Source: Terriglobia bacterium
GTDB lineage: Bacteria; Acidobacteriota; Terriglobia; Terriglobales; Acidobacteriaceae
NCBI GenBank assembly: GCA_963752375.1
Contig: CAVVYF010000026.1
Coordinates: forward strand, 82,320 to 114,319
Length of the DNA stretch: 32,000 nt
Direction of reading: 5' to 3'
A program made the position numbers and the translations under genes. How positions within the stretch are numbered: the first letter of the stretch is position 1; each line of letters begins with the position of its first letter. This document shows positions 1 through 8,316 of the stretch, piece by piece. The notes under the pieces were generated by a model, which saw only the letters and a program-made list of their open reading frames with translations, was not told the DNA's origin and searched no databases.

Positions 1-75
1 GTCGAGCATAGCTCGACGAATCTTCTCGCCGGCGGATCTTGATCGTTATCGGAAACAGCGAAGCCCTGCTCCGCC

Positions 76-108
76 AGACAGCCGAGGGCAGCTGTCTCCA
101 CGTGGTCT
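76..108. repeat. GC hairpin repeat, copy 1 (AGACAGC-CGAGGGCA-GCTGTCT followed by CCACGTGGTCT)
   Basis: The stem is 76-82 paired with 91-97, plus G84-C89. The flank is CCACGTGGTCT at 98-108. A near-identical motif occurs at 25842-25878. It lies upstream of the RpiR gene at the window edge, so its context is incomplete. Confidence 0.5.
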
Positions 109-157
109 CAGGGACTCCCCGCGCTCGGTTGAGTTGACAAGAGCGCGGCTTTCTACC

Positions 158-1048
158 ATGCTTTTGTGCCCCATGAGAAAGCCGCGGAAAGTTGCGCGTT
201 CCATTCCAATCCTGAGTCCGTCCGCCCGCATCACTCTCCTGAGCCCAAAGCGACAGCAGATTATCCGGCCGGCTTTCGAACGGCCGCGTGAGTTTGTGCT
301 GATGAGCGTGCGGGCCATGGCCAAGCGCTTGCGCACCGATCCCGCCACCATGGTCCGGATCGTTCGCGGAATGAAGTTTGAGTCTTACCGTGAATTCCAG
401 CACTACGTGCACGAGCTGGCCATCGCCCACGCCACCTCGCTCGATACCATGCAGGCTGGCCCGACCGGCAGGTCCGCCATTTCGACGCAGGTGCGGGCGT
501 CGCTCGACCAGGATGTCAAGAGCCTGAACCATCTCGTCCAGACTCTCGAACCGCAGAGGATAGCGGCCCTGGTGCGGCGGCTGTACGCAGCGCGGCGCGT
601 GGTGCTCATCGGCGGCGATCTGGCCGCCAACCTGGTGAACTTCCTGGAACACCTCCTCATCATCCTGGGACTACCGGTCACCAGCGCCACGACACCCGCC
701 GAGGTGGTGCACAAAGTTCGCATGCTGGGGAAACGGGACCTGGTGATTGCCGTCAGCCACGGCCGCGGCCTGCGCCAGACAGTGGAAGGCTTGCGGCAGG
801 CACGGGCCCGAGGAGCCTATTGCGTGGGCATCACCAACACCCTGGTATCTCCCATCGGAGAATTTGCCCACGAATTTTTTCTGACTTCGATCGCTACTCC
901 TTCGTTTGGTTCTTCGTACGTCGCTCCCATGGCATTGTTCAACGTCATCGTGCTCGCCTGCGCCAATCACCGTCGCTCCCGAACTCTCAAACTGGCGAAG
1001 CAACTTGAGCAGGAACAGCGTCACGGCTTCCGCTGGTACGAATCATGA
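158..1048 (+). CDS. MurR/RpiR family transcriptional regulator (HTH_6 + SIS domain)
   Basis: An N-terminal HTH segment (VLMSVRAMAKRLRTDPATMVRIVRGMKFESYREFQ) is followed by a SIS-type domain (VVLIGGDLAANL, LVIAVSHGRG, GAYCVGITN). The frame is open from TTG 134, with in-frame ATGs at 158 and 173, so the start is uncertain. The stop is TGA 1046-1048. Confidence 0.8.
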   Translation: MLLCPMRKPRKVARSIPILSPSARITLLSPKRQQIIRPAFERPREFVLMSVRAMAKRLRTDPATMVRIVRGMKFESYREFQHYVHELAIAHATSLDTMQAGPTGRSAISTQVRASLDQDVKSLNHLVQTLEPQRIAALVRRLYAARRVVLIGGDLAANLVNFLEHLLIILGLPVTSATTPAEVVHKVRMLGKRDLVIAVSHGRGLRQTVEGLRQARARGAYCVGITNTLVSPIGEFAHEFFLTSIATPSFGSSYVAPMALFNVIVLACANHRRSRTLKLAKQLEQEQRHGFRWYES

Positions 1049-1070
1049 AGACTCGGCATCCGCTTATTCC

Positions 1071-3104
1071 TTGCGGCTTGTTGTAGTCCTGCTGGGGCTG
1101 ATGGTGGCCACGGCTCTCGGGGTCGAGCCTCCATCCCCGCCCGCCTACAACATCCGCATGGAGAACGGCTGGATCCCGATGAAAGACGGCGTTCGTCTGG
1201 CGGTCACGTTGTACATGCCGGACGGCGGCAAAGCCGGCGAGAAATTTCCCGCAGTCCTCGAATATCACCCCTATCGCAAGGACGACGGCACCGCGCAACG
1301 GGATTACGAACTCTACTCCTACTTCGTGCGCCGCGGATACGTGTGCGCCCGCGTCGATATTCGAGGCTTTGGCAATAGCGAAGGCGTTCCCACCGGCCGC
1401 GAATATTCGGAGCAGGAGCAACTCGACGCCTTGCAGATTATCTCCTGGCTGGCGCATCAGCCCTGGTCCAACGGAAATGTAGGCATGATGGGCATCTCCT
1501 GGAGCGGCTTCAATTCTCTGCAGATGGCCATGCGGCACGCGCCTGATCTCAAAGCCATTATCGCGGTGGACGCCACCGCCGAACTTTTCCACGACGATGT
1601 GCACTACATGGACGGCATGGCGCACATCGATGAGTTCGAATTGAACATGGACATGGCCCCGGGCATGACCGGCGCTCCCGATTACACGCTCGACGAGAAA
1701 ATTCTGGACCCGCGCTTCGACGCTCCGCCCTGGTCGCTGCTCTATCTCAAGCACCAGCATGACGGTCCGTTCTGGCGAAGCCCGGTGCGTCCTTACAGCG
1801 AGATCAAGATTCCATGTTTTATTATCGGCGGCCTGCTCGACGGCTATCGCGACAGCATCTCCGACATGCTGCAGCAGACGAAGGCCCCGCTGAAGGCGAT
1901 TGTCGGGCCCTGGAACCACACCTTCCCGCATGACGCCGTCCCCGGCCCTGAGATCGAGTGGCGCGCTGAGGCTGTCCGCTGGTGGGATTACTGGCTCAAG
2001 GGACGAGACACCGGCGTGCTGAACGATCCCAGGCTGGTCATTTATATGCAGCACTGGCACCCGCCAAATCCGAATCTGCAGAACGTCCCCGGTGAATGGC
2101 GGCGTGAAGACAGCTGGCCGCCGCGCGACGTCCGCGAAACAGTTTTCTTTCCCCAACCGAACCATACTCTGGGAACGACCGCTCCCGAGGCGGACGCCCA
2201 TCAACTTAAATACGTTCCTTCCATCGGTGTGGAAGCCGGATTCTGGTGGGGAGAACTGCTGAGCGATCCGCGCCCCGTGGACGCCTTCAGCCTGGTTTAC
2301 GATTCCGCGCCGCTCAAAGAAGACGTGGCGATCCTGGGAAGGCCGCGGGCACTGCTGAAAGCGTCGGCGACTGCTCCCCTGGCGGACTGGTTCGCGCGGC
2401 TTTCGGACGTGGCTCCCGACGGGACCGTCACCCAAATCACCGGCGCAGGCATCAATGGCGCGCAACGCGAATCCATGACGGAGCCGCGCGCGCTCGAACC
2501 TGGCAAAGTCTATCCGCTCGACGTCGTGATGCATTTGACCTCTTGGGTTTTTCCTAAAGGCCATCGCATCCGGCTGGCAGTTTCGAATGCGCTGTGGCCC
2601 ATGATCCTGCCCACTCCCTACTCGATGACCACGTCGCTCGAGCTGGGAGGCGACGGTACGCGCCTGACCCTGCCGGTCGTGCCCGTGAAAGGCACGCCGG
2701 CTCCCGTATTCCAGCCGCCGCAGCCTGCCGAGCAACGCCAGGACATCAAGAGCATCGGCTATCCCTGGCCGGGCGAGTGGACCCTGGAGCGCGACGAAGC
2801 GAACCAGAAAGCCAAAGTGCGCTGGAAGGGCAAGGCGGAAACCGATTATCCCTGGGGAAAGGAAATCGACTACGAGAGTCTGGTCTATGACGTGGACGAT
2901 GCTCATCCCGAAACCAGCGCTGTCCATGGCGAAGCGGAGAGCATTTTCACCCTGAAGGGACGGGAACTCAGGTGGCGCGGACATTTATCCGTGACCACGG
3001 ACCAGAAGAATTTCTATTACAAGTACACGCGGGAATTGCTGAAAGACGGCCAGATGGTAAAGCAAAAAACGTGGGAAGAAACCATTCCGCGCGACCACCA
3101 GTAG
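1071..3104 (+). CDS. CocE/NonD family hydrolase (S15 X-Pro dipeptidyl-peptidase-like), secreted
   Basis: Family hallmarks are LEYHPYRKDD, ARVDIRGFGNSEG and the nucleophile elbow GISWSG, with a long C-terminal beta-sandwich part. The longest ORF starts at TTG 906 but would overlap the RpiR gene by 143 nt. In-frame TTG 1071 gives a clean signal peptide (M)RLVVVLLGLMVATALG. The choice of start is inference. Confidence 0.8.
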   Translation: MRLVVVLLGLMVATALGVEPPSPPAYNIRMENGWIPMKDGVRLAVTLYMPDGGKAGEKFPAVLEYHPYRKDDGTAQRDYELYSYFVRRGYVCARVDIRGFGNSEGVPTGREYSEQEQLDALQIISWLAHQPWSNGNVGMMGISWSGFNSLQMAMRHAPDLKAIIAVDATAELFHDDVHYMDGMAHIDEFELNMDMAPGMTGAPDYTLDEKILDPRFDAPPWSLLYLKHQHDGPFWRSPVRPYSEIKIPCFIIGGLLDGYRDSISDMLQQTKAPLKAIVGPWNHTFPHDAVPGPEIEWRAEAVRWWDYWLKGRDTGVLNDPRLVIYMQHWHPPNPNLQNVPGEWRREDSWPPRDVRETVFFPQPNHTLGTTAPEADAHQLKYVPSIGVEAGFWWGELLSDPRPVDAFSLVYDSAPLKEDVAILGRPRALLKASATAPLADWFARLSDVAPDGTVTQITGAGINGAQRESMTEPRALEPGKVYPLDVVMHLTSWVFPKGHRIRLAVSNALWPMILPTPYSMTTSLELGGDGTRLTLPVVPVKGTPAPVFQPPQPAEQRQDIKSIGYPWPGEWTLERDEANQKAKVRWKGKAETDYPWGKEIDYESLVYDVDDAHPETSAVHGEAESIFTLKGRELRWRGHLSVTTDQKNFYYKYTRELLKDGQMVKQKTWEETIPRDHQ

Positions 3105-3115
3105 AGCAATTCCCT

Positions 3116-3287
3116 GTCATCCCGAGCGCCGCATCGAGCCGCGCTTGCGCGGTGAGAGCAAGTCGAGGGACCCCTATCGTGCCGGGGACTCATCGGTTTG
3201 TAGGGGTCCCCTCGGCTTCGCTCGGGGCAGGCTCTTCGACTCCGGAAGCGCTTCGCAGAGCGAAGCACTGACTCCGCTCAGGATGAC
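3116..3287. repeat. Composite palindromic intergenic element, copy A (divergent member)
   Basis: Inverted termini are GTCATCCCGAGCG (3116-3128) and CGCTCAGGATGAC (3275-3287). Inner inverted boxes are GTCGAGGGACCCCTAT and GTAGGGGTCCCCTCG. The right arm has the hairpin GCTTCGC-AGA-GCGAAGC (3250-3266). The element fills the gap between two convergent stop codons (3104 and 3290). Confidence 0.85.
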
Positions 3288-3289
3288 AG

Positions 3290-4573
3290 TTACTGTTTGT
3301 AAACTTTGCCGTCTTTCATCACAAACTGGACATGCTCCAGTACGCTGATGTCCTGCAACGGATCGCCGGCAACTGCGATGACGTCAGCATATTTGCCGGG
3401 CTTGATGTCACCGACCACATCGGAATGTCCCAGTAAATCCGCGGCCGAGGTCGTGGCTGCCTGTATGGCCTGCATCGGCGTCATGCCGTACTTCACCATG
3501 AAGGCAAACTGGCGGATGCTGCGATCGTAAGGACAAACGCCGGCATCGGTCCCGAATGATAATTTCACGCCGGCTTTCAAAGCCTTGTGGAAATTCTGGC
3601 GCTGAAGCTCTCCCAGTTCCGCGTCGTGCTGCAGAAAATCCTTGGGAATTTTTCCCAGCCGGCCCGCTTCCTGGATACATTCTTCGTCGTAGATATCCAT
3701 GTCCAGGTAGGTGCCGTGCTGCTTGGCCAGCGCAATGCCCTCGTCATCGATCATGGTCGCGTGCTCGACCGAAGCCACGCCGGCCCGGATCGCATTCTTG
3801 ATGCCCTCGGGAGAATGCGCATGCGCCTCGACGCGCAACCCGAAGTGGCTGGCTTCGTCCACTGCGGCCTGCAACTCTTCGAGTGTGAATTCCTGCGATT
3901 TTGGACTGCTGCCATGGGTCAGCACGGCCCCGCTGGAGAGGACTTTGATGTGGTCGGCGCCGTCGTGCACCAACTGGCGGATCCTCTGCCGCACTTCCCA
4001 GGGGCCATCGGCTTGCCCGTAGCGCAGGTTCCAGGGCAGCGTGATGTCGGGCGCGAACCCGGTCATGGCGCCGGCGCCGCCCGTGATCGTGACGTATGCG
4101 CCGGCCACATACATGCGCGGGCCCTCAATGTAGCCGTGAGCGATGGCATCGCGCATGGCAACGTCATTCAACGCGCGGTAAACGCCCACGTCGCGCACCG
4201 TGGTAAACCCCTCACGCAGAAAAGTACGGGCGTTGGGTACCGACTCAAACGCCACCTCCGCCGCCGTCTTCTTCATTTGCGACATGGGGTCGCCGTCGTC
4301 GGTGGGTCCATCGGCAAGGTGAGTGTGGCAGTCGATCAGGCCAGGCAACACGGTCATCTGCGAGAGATCGATGACCTTGGCATCCGCCGGAATGGCCAGG
4401 CCCTTGCCGACCTTTTCAATTTTGTTGTCGCGGATGAGAATGACCTGATCGTTGAGTACCGTGCCTGCCTGCGGATCCACCAGCCGGCCTGCCTTGATCG
4501 CCGTTACCTGGGCAGCCGCATTTGCGGCACACGACAACGTCAACCCCAGCACCAATGCGAGAGCCTTCTTCAC
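3290..4573 (-). CDS. Amidohydrolase family protein (metal-dependent hydrolase), secreted
   Basis: It carries the HxH metal motif LPGLIDCHTHL, later VEAHAH and FGTDAG, all typical of the amidohydrolase superfamily. GTG 4573 is preceded by GAGGTG (4580-4585) and yields the signal peptide MKKALALVLGLTLSCAANAAAQ. The longest ORF reaches TTG 4612. Confidence 0.8.
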   Translation of the reverse strand: MKKALALVLGLTLSCAANAAAQVTAIKAGRLVDPQAGTVLNDQVILIRDNKIEKVGKGLAIPADAKVIDLSQMTVLPGLIDCHTHLADGPTDDGDPMSQMKKTAAEVAFESVPNARTFLREGFTTVRDVGVYRALNDVAMRDAIAHGYIEGPRMYVAGAYVTITGGAGAMTGFAPDITLPWNLRYGQADGPWEVRQRIRQLVHDGADHIKVLSSGAVLTHGSSPKSQEFTLEELQAAVDEASHFGLRVEAHAHSPEGIKNAIRAGVASVEHATMIDDEGIALAKQHGTYLDMDIYDEECIQEAGRLGKIPKDFLQHDAELGELQRQNFHKALKAGVKLSFGTDAGVCPYDRSIRQFAFMVKYGMTPMQAIQAATTSAADLLGHSDVVGDIKPGKYADVIAVAGDPLQDISVLEHVQFVMKDGKVYKQ

Positions 4574-4609
4574 GTGCTTCACCTCAGTCTTTTGATTGTG
4601 TGGCGACAA

Positions 4610-4651
4610 CAATTTCAGATTTCAGATTTCAGATTGTAGATTGAAGATTGG
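4610..4651. repeat. Heptanucleotide tandem array (about 6 units of AGATTNN)
   Basis: The + strand reads CAATTTC AGATTTC AGATTTC AGATTGT AGATTGA AGATTGG. It is AT-rich in a GC-rich background. It sits between the Rieske gene stop (4655) and the amidohydrolase start. Confidence 0.85.
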
Positions 4652-4654
4652 AGC

Positions 4655-5794
4655 TCAATCCGCGGCCGCGACGGCTGTCTCCGCGCCGCCCTTCAAATCC
4701 GCTGCCAGCAACCGGTGAAACAGGTGCTCGCCTGCCTCCCGGCGCACCGACAGCCTGCCCGCGCCATAGGCCCGTGACTTCAACCCTCGCTGCACGGCCT
4801 CGCAGATGCCCAGGTCCTCGTCCTGCACCCGGGCCCCGACAGCCACACTCTGTTCGTTGTATTCACGGCGGGCCTGGCTGATATCGCCGAAATAAAAATC
4901 AAAAATCACGCGGCAATGATCAACGTCGAGCGGCAGCACCAGGTTGGTGTCCATGTAGCCTTCATAGCAATTGATCATCAGGTTGGGATATTGCCAGAAG
5001 TACCAGGCGCGGTCGCCCTGACGAGTCGATGCTGTGGCAGCGTCTTCCTTCCCCGCCACCATCGGACTCGATTGCAGACAGTAACGGTCCTCGTTCTCGA
5101 TGGTGTACTCCTTGTAATCGAGCACCGAACTCAGGCCTTTGTGCAGATGGGGGACGTGGTATCCGCCATCGAGATAGTTGTCGACGAATACTTTCCAGTT
5201 GCAGTGGATGTCGTAAGTCCGGCTGTCGAAGTAGTGCAGCTTGCTGACTCCCAGCGGCGCCACACGCTTGACCAGGCCGCCGAGAAAATCGTGGAGCGGC
5301 GCGGCCTGCGGATCCAGGTTTACGAATACGAATTTCTCCCACGTCTCTGCCTTCACCGGAACCAGCCCGTTTTGCTGGCGATCGAAGTTCTTCACGCCAT
5401 CGAATTCCGGCATGCCCTTTAAAGAACCATCCAGCCCGTAGTTCCATCCGTGATAGGGACAATGCAGGATGGAAGCCTGCCCGCACGGCTCAGTCACCAC
5501 CGCGGCGGCATGGTGGCGGCACACATTGTAAAAGCCGCGCAGAGCGCCGTCATTGCCGCGAACCACGACGATCGGTTCACCGGCAATGCTGGTGGTCACG
5601 AACTGGCCCGGCTTCTCCACCTGCTCGGCCCGTCCCACCATTTGCCAGGTCTTGCTGAAAACGGTCTGGGCCTCCAGTTCGGCGATTCGAGCGTCCACAT
5701 ACCAGGGCGCAGGGATGGTGAAAGCATCCGGCAACGCGGCCTTATCGTTGTAGGCCGCGAGAATTGACGATACCGAGATGTGCCTGTTGTTCAT
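4655..5794 (-). CDS. Rieske [2Fe-2S] oxygenase alpha subunit, choline-monooxygenase-like
   Basis: It has the Rieske motif CRHHAAAV...CPYHGWNY and the mononuclear iron motif DNYLDGGYHVPHLH. The N-terminal PAPWYVD...WQMVG pattern resembles CMO-type enzymes. ATG 5794 overlaps the TetR stop as ATGA. The longest ORF (to 5935) would overlap tetR. Confidence 0.8.
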   Translation of the reverse strand: MNNRHISVSSILAAYNDKAALPDAFTIPAPWYVDARIAELEAQTVFSKTWQMVGRAEQVEKPGQFVTTSIAGEPIVVVRGNDGALRGFYNVCRHHAAAVVTEPCGQASILHCPYHGWNYGLDGSLKGMPEFDGVKNFDRQQNGLVPVKAETWEKFVFVNLDPQAAPLHDFLGGLVKRVAPLGVSKLHYFDSRTYDIHCNWKVFVDNYLDGGYHVPHLHKGLSSVLDYKEYTIENEDRYCLQSSPMVAGKEDAATASTRQGDRAWYFWQYPNLMINCYEGYMDTNLVLPLDVDHCRVIFDFYFGDISQARREYNEQSVAVGARVQDEDLGICEAVQRGLKSRAYGAGRLSVRREAGEHLFHRLLAADLKGGAETAVAAAD

Positions 5795-6468
5795 GCTCCG
5801 ATCGCCCTCTTCAACACGTCCAGAAACTGGGTCACGCGCGCGTCCTTCTTTTCTTGCGGATCGCCCTGGCGGCGGAACAGGCCCGGATCCAATTCCTCGG
5901 TAAGCAGCGCGTCCTGGAAACGTTCCATCGTCCAATCCAGAATCGAGACCATCATCTCCTGGTCCATTTCGCGCAGCAGCTCTCCGCGCTGCAGTCCGTA
6001 ACGCACGAACGCAACCGTGCCGTAGGGATCTTCCGCCATGAGGAAGCGGTTGATCTCGCGCTTCAGTGCCAGATCGGTACCGTAATTTCCCAGCAGCGAG
6101 ACCCGGTAAGGGATCCAGTCTTCATGCAGAAGATGTTCCGTGCTTACCAGCCAGTAACGCAGGACCTCGAAAAAACCGCGCTCGCGCACATCGGCGGGGG
6201 CATCGAGGTAGCGGGGGAAGGAACGCACCGCTTTTTTGTAGACTTCGAAAAACAGGCCGTCCTTGCTGCCGAAGTGCTGAAAGATCGACCCCTTGGCGAT
6301 GCCGAGGGCGGCGGCAATGTCTCCCACCCGGGCGGCATGGTAGCCCTGCTCGGCAAAATGGCGCATGGCGGCGTCAATGATGCGGGTTCGCTTGCCTTCG
6401 GAACGGGGCCGGGGCGGCATGCTGCGATAACGCGGCGGGGAGACGAGACTGCTTCCAATTCCACTCAT
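5791..6468 (-). CDS. TetR/AcrR family transcriptional regulator
   Basis: The HTH region is RTRIIDAAMRHFAEQGYHAARVGDIAAALGIAKGSIFQHFGSKDGLF. ATG 6468 has GAGG 6 nt upstream. Alternative starts are TTG 6480 and ATG 6420. The stop overlaps the Rieske start. Confidence 0.85.
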   Translation of the reverse strand: MSGIGSSLVSPPRYRSMPPRPRSEGKRTRIIDAAMRHFAEQGYHAARVGDIAAALGIAKGSIFQHFGSKDGLFFEVYKKAVRSFPRYLDAPADVRERGFFEVLRYWLVSTEHLLHEDWIPYRVSLLGNYGTDLALKREINRFLMAEDPYGTVAFVRYGLQRGELLREMDQEMMVSILDWTMERFQDALLTEELDPGLFRRQGDPQEKKDARVTQFLDVLKRAIGA

Positions 6469-6587
6469 ATCTGACCTCAAGTCATAAGCACTCTACAGAA
6501 ATGTCCATCGAATTTCAATTCTATTTGCTGGGGAGATGCGGTAATGTATCTTGCCTTCATGGCCACTTCTAACTTCGGGTCATAAAC

Positions 6588-8219
6588 GTGCCGTCGCCTT
6601 CATCATCCAAAATTTATGACGCAGTCGTGGTCGGCGGAGGCCACAACGGTCTCACTGCTGCGGCCTATCTCGCACGCGCCGGACTCTCCACCCTGGTGCT
6701 GGAGCGCCGCGACATCGTGGGCGGGTGCTGCGTCACCGAAGAAATCGCTCCCGGATGCCGCGTATCGACCACTTCTTACATTGCCAGCATGCTGCGTCCG
6801 GAAGTGATCTCGGACTTGCGCCTCGCGGAGTACGGATTGCGCATGGTCCCCTGCGATCCCGCGATTCAGGTTCCCTTCCCCGATGGACACGTCGTTCCCT
6901 GGTGGGCGGACCGTGAACGGGCCAAGGCTGAATTCAAAAAGATTTCTGCGAAAGACGCGGAGACTTTCATTCAGGTGGACGACCGCCTGAAAAAACTGGC
7001 ACGCTACCTGCAACCGTTTTTCATGGAGCCGCCGCCCGAAATTGACACCAGAAGCATGCGCGGATGGACCGACCTGTTTCGCGTGGGAAAGAAATTCCGC
7101 GGCATTTCGAGTGACGAAGTCTCGCAGCTGATTTCCTTCCTGACCGGAAGCCTGGGCGAATTTCTCGATCACAATTACGAGTCCGAAAAGATGAAGACCT
7201 TGTTCCTGGCCAACAACGTCTACGGCAAGCATGGCGGACCCTATCAGCCGGGCACGGCCATCGGCCTGCTCTTCCATCTGCTGAGCGGCGGCGAACACGA
7301 ACTGCAGGGCTTCTATGGACACGTGATGGGCGGCATGGGCGCGATCACCCAGGCGCTGGCGGCGTCAGGCAGAAAGCTGGGCGCCGAAATCCGCACCTCC
7401 GCGCCGGTCGCGCAAATCGATGTCCGTGACGGCCGTGCCCGCGGCGTGGTGCTCGAAGATGGCACCGAGATTCGCGCCCGCATCGTCCTCTCGAACGCCG
7501 ACCCCAAACGTACCTTCCTGAAAATGGTGGCGGCCTCCGAGTTGCCCAGCGAGTTTCTGCATTCGATCCGCGGCATCAAGATGGAAGGCCCTTGCGCCAA
7601 GGTCAACCTGGTGCTTGACGCCGAACCAAAATTCACCGGAACATCCCCCGATGCCACTGCGCTCGAACGCACTTTCTATACGCTCGTCCCTTCCCTGGCC
7701 TTTGCTGAGCGCTGCTATGACATTGCCAAATTTGGCGAGATTCCCGAAGAACTCTGGGTGGATTGCGTGGTTTCGTCGAATGCGGACCCCTCGCTCGCAC
7801 CCGCGGGCAAGCACATCCTGACCTGCTTTGTGCAGTACGTCCCTTATCACCTGCGCCAGGGTCACTGGGACGAGAACCGCGAAGTGCTGGGCAATCGCGT
7901 GATCAAGAAGATCGCTGAGTACGCCCCCAACGTGCCCCATGCGATTGTCGCGCGCCAGGTGCTCACACCGCTCGATCTGGAACGCACCTACGGACTGACC
8001 GAAGGCAATATCTTTCACGGCGACTTGCGCCTGGAGCAGCTCTTTTTCATGCGCCCGGTTTCGGGATGGTCGCAATACCGTACCCCCATCGATGGCCTGT
8101 ATTTGTGCGGGGCGGGCGCGCACCCGGGCGGCGGCGTCACCGCAGCTCCCGGACACAATGCCGCCCACCAGGTACTGCGTGACTGGAAAAAAGGAAGACT
8201 GAAAGAGGCCGCCGCATGA
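6588..8219 (+). CDS. Phytoene-desaturase-family (CrtI-like, COG1233) NAD(P)/FAD-dependent oxidoreductase
   Basis: The N-terminal dinucleotide fold is YDAVVVGGGHNGLTAAAYLARAGLSTLVLERRDIVGG. The C-terminal LYLCGAGAHPGGGV is typical of this family. GTG 6588 is the only start upstream of the FAD motif. The substrate is unknown. Confidence 0.8.
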   Translation: MPSPSSSKIYDAVVVGGGHNGLTAAAYLARAGLSTLVLERRDIVGGCCVTEEIAPGCRVSTTSYIASMLRPEVISDLRLAEYGLRMVPCDPAIQVPFPDGHVVPWWADRERAKAEFKKISAKDAETFIQVDDRLKKLARYLQPFFMEPPPEIDTRSMRGWTDLFRVGKKFRGISSDEVSQLISFLTGSLGEFLDHNYESEKMKTLFLANNVYGKHGGPYQPGTAIGLLFHLLSGGEHELQGFYGHVMGGMGAITQALAASGRKLGAEIRTSAPVAQIDVRDGRARGVVLEDGTEIRARIVLSNADPKRTFLKMVAASELPSEFLHSIRGIKMEGPCAKVNLVLDAEPKFTGTSPDATALERTFYTLVPSLAFAERCYDIAKFGEIPEELWVDCVVSSNADPSLAPAGKHILTCFVQYVPYHLRQGHWDENREVLGNRVIKKIAEYAPNVPHAIVARQVLTPLDLERTYGLTEGNIFHGDLRLEQLFFMRPVSGWSQYRTPIDGLYLCGAGAHPGGGVTAAPGHNAAHQVLRDWKKGRLKEAAA

Positions 8220-8316
8220 GCAAGAGAACTGAGATCCGAGAACTGGCCACTGAAAACTGGCGACTAATTTTCAAAGCACCGGTTGTGATCGATCAATCGC
8301 GCCAGGCCTCCTGCAC

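Noticed and set aside
1-17. Perfect hairpin GTCGAGC-ATA-GCTCGAC at the very start of the window.
   Set aside because: It is truncated by the window edge. The upstream gene and strand context are unknown, and no U-tract follows it.
134-162. A perfect TTGACA at 134-139 as the -35 box of an RpiR promoter.
   Set aside because: The best -10 candidate at 17-nt spacing is CATGCT (3 of 6 positions match). The hexamer is also the first codons of the longest ORF, so there is not enough support.
987-2984. Long antisense ORFs opposite real genes: 987-2984, 3587-4639, 5764-6474, 6603-7322, 7365-8168, 8293-9024, 14052-14783, 17540-18106, 19692-20456, 20610-21260, 24124-25296, 25330-25974 and 28087-28710.
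   Set aside because: Each is the mirror of a gene with clear family motifs. Their translations are low-complexity (R/G/A/P-rich) with no recognisable domains. These are typical shadow ORFs of GC-rich DNA.
6510-6521. Inverted repeat GAATT-TC-AATTC in the tetR / CrtI-like divergent region as a TetR operator.
   Set aside because: It has only 5-bp arms in an AT-rich stretch, so it is easily produced by chance. I have no second copy or conservation evidence.
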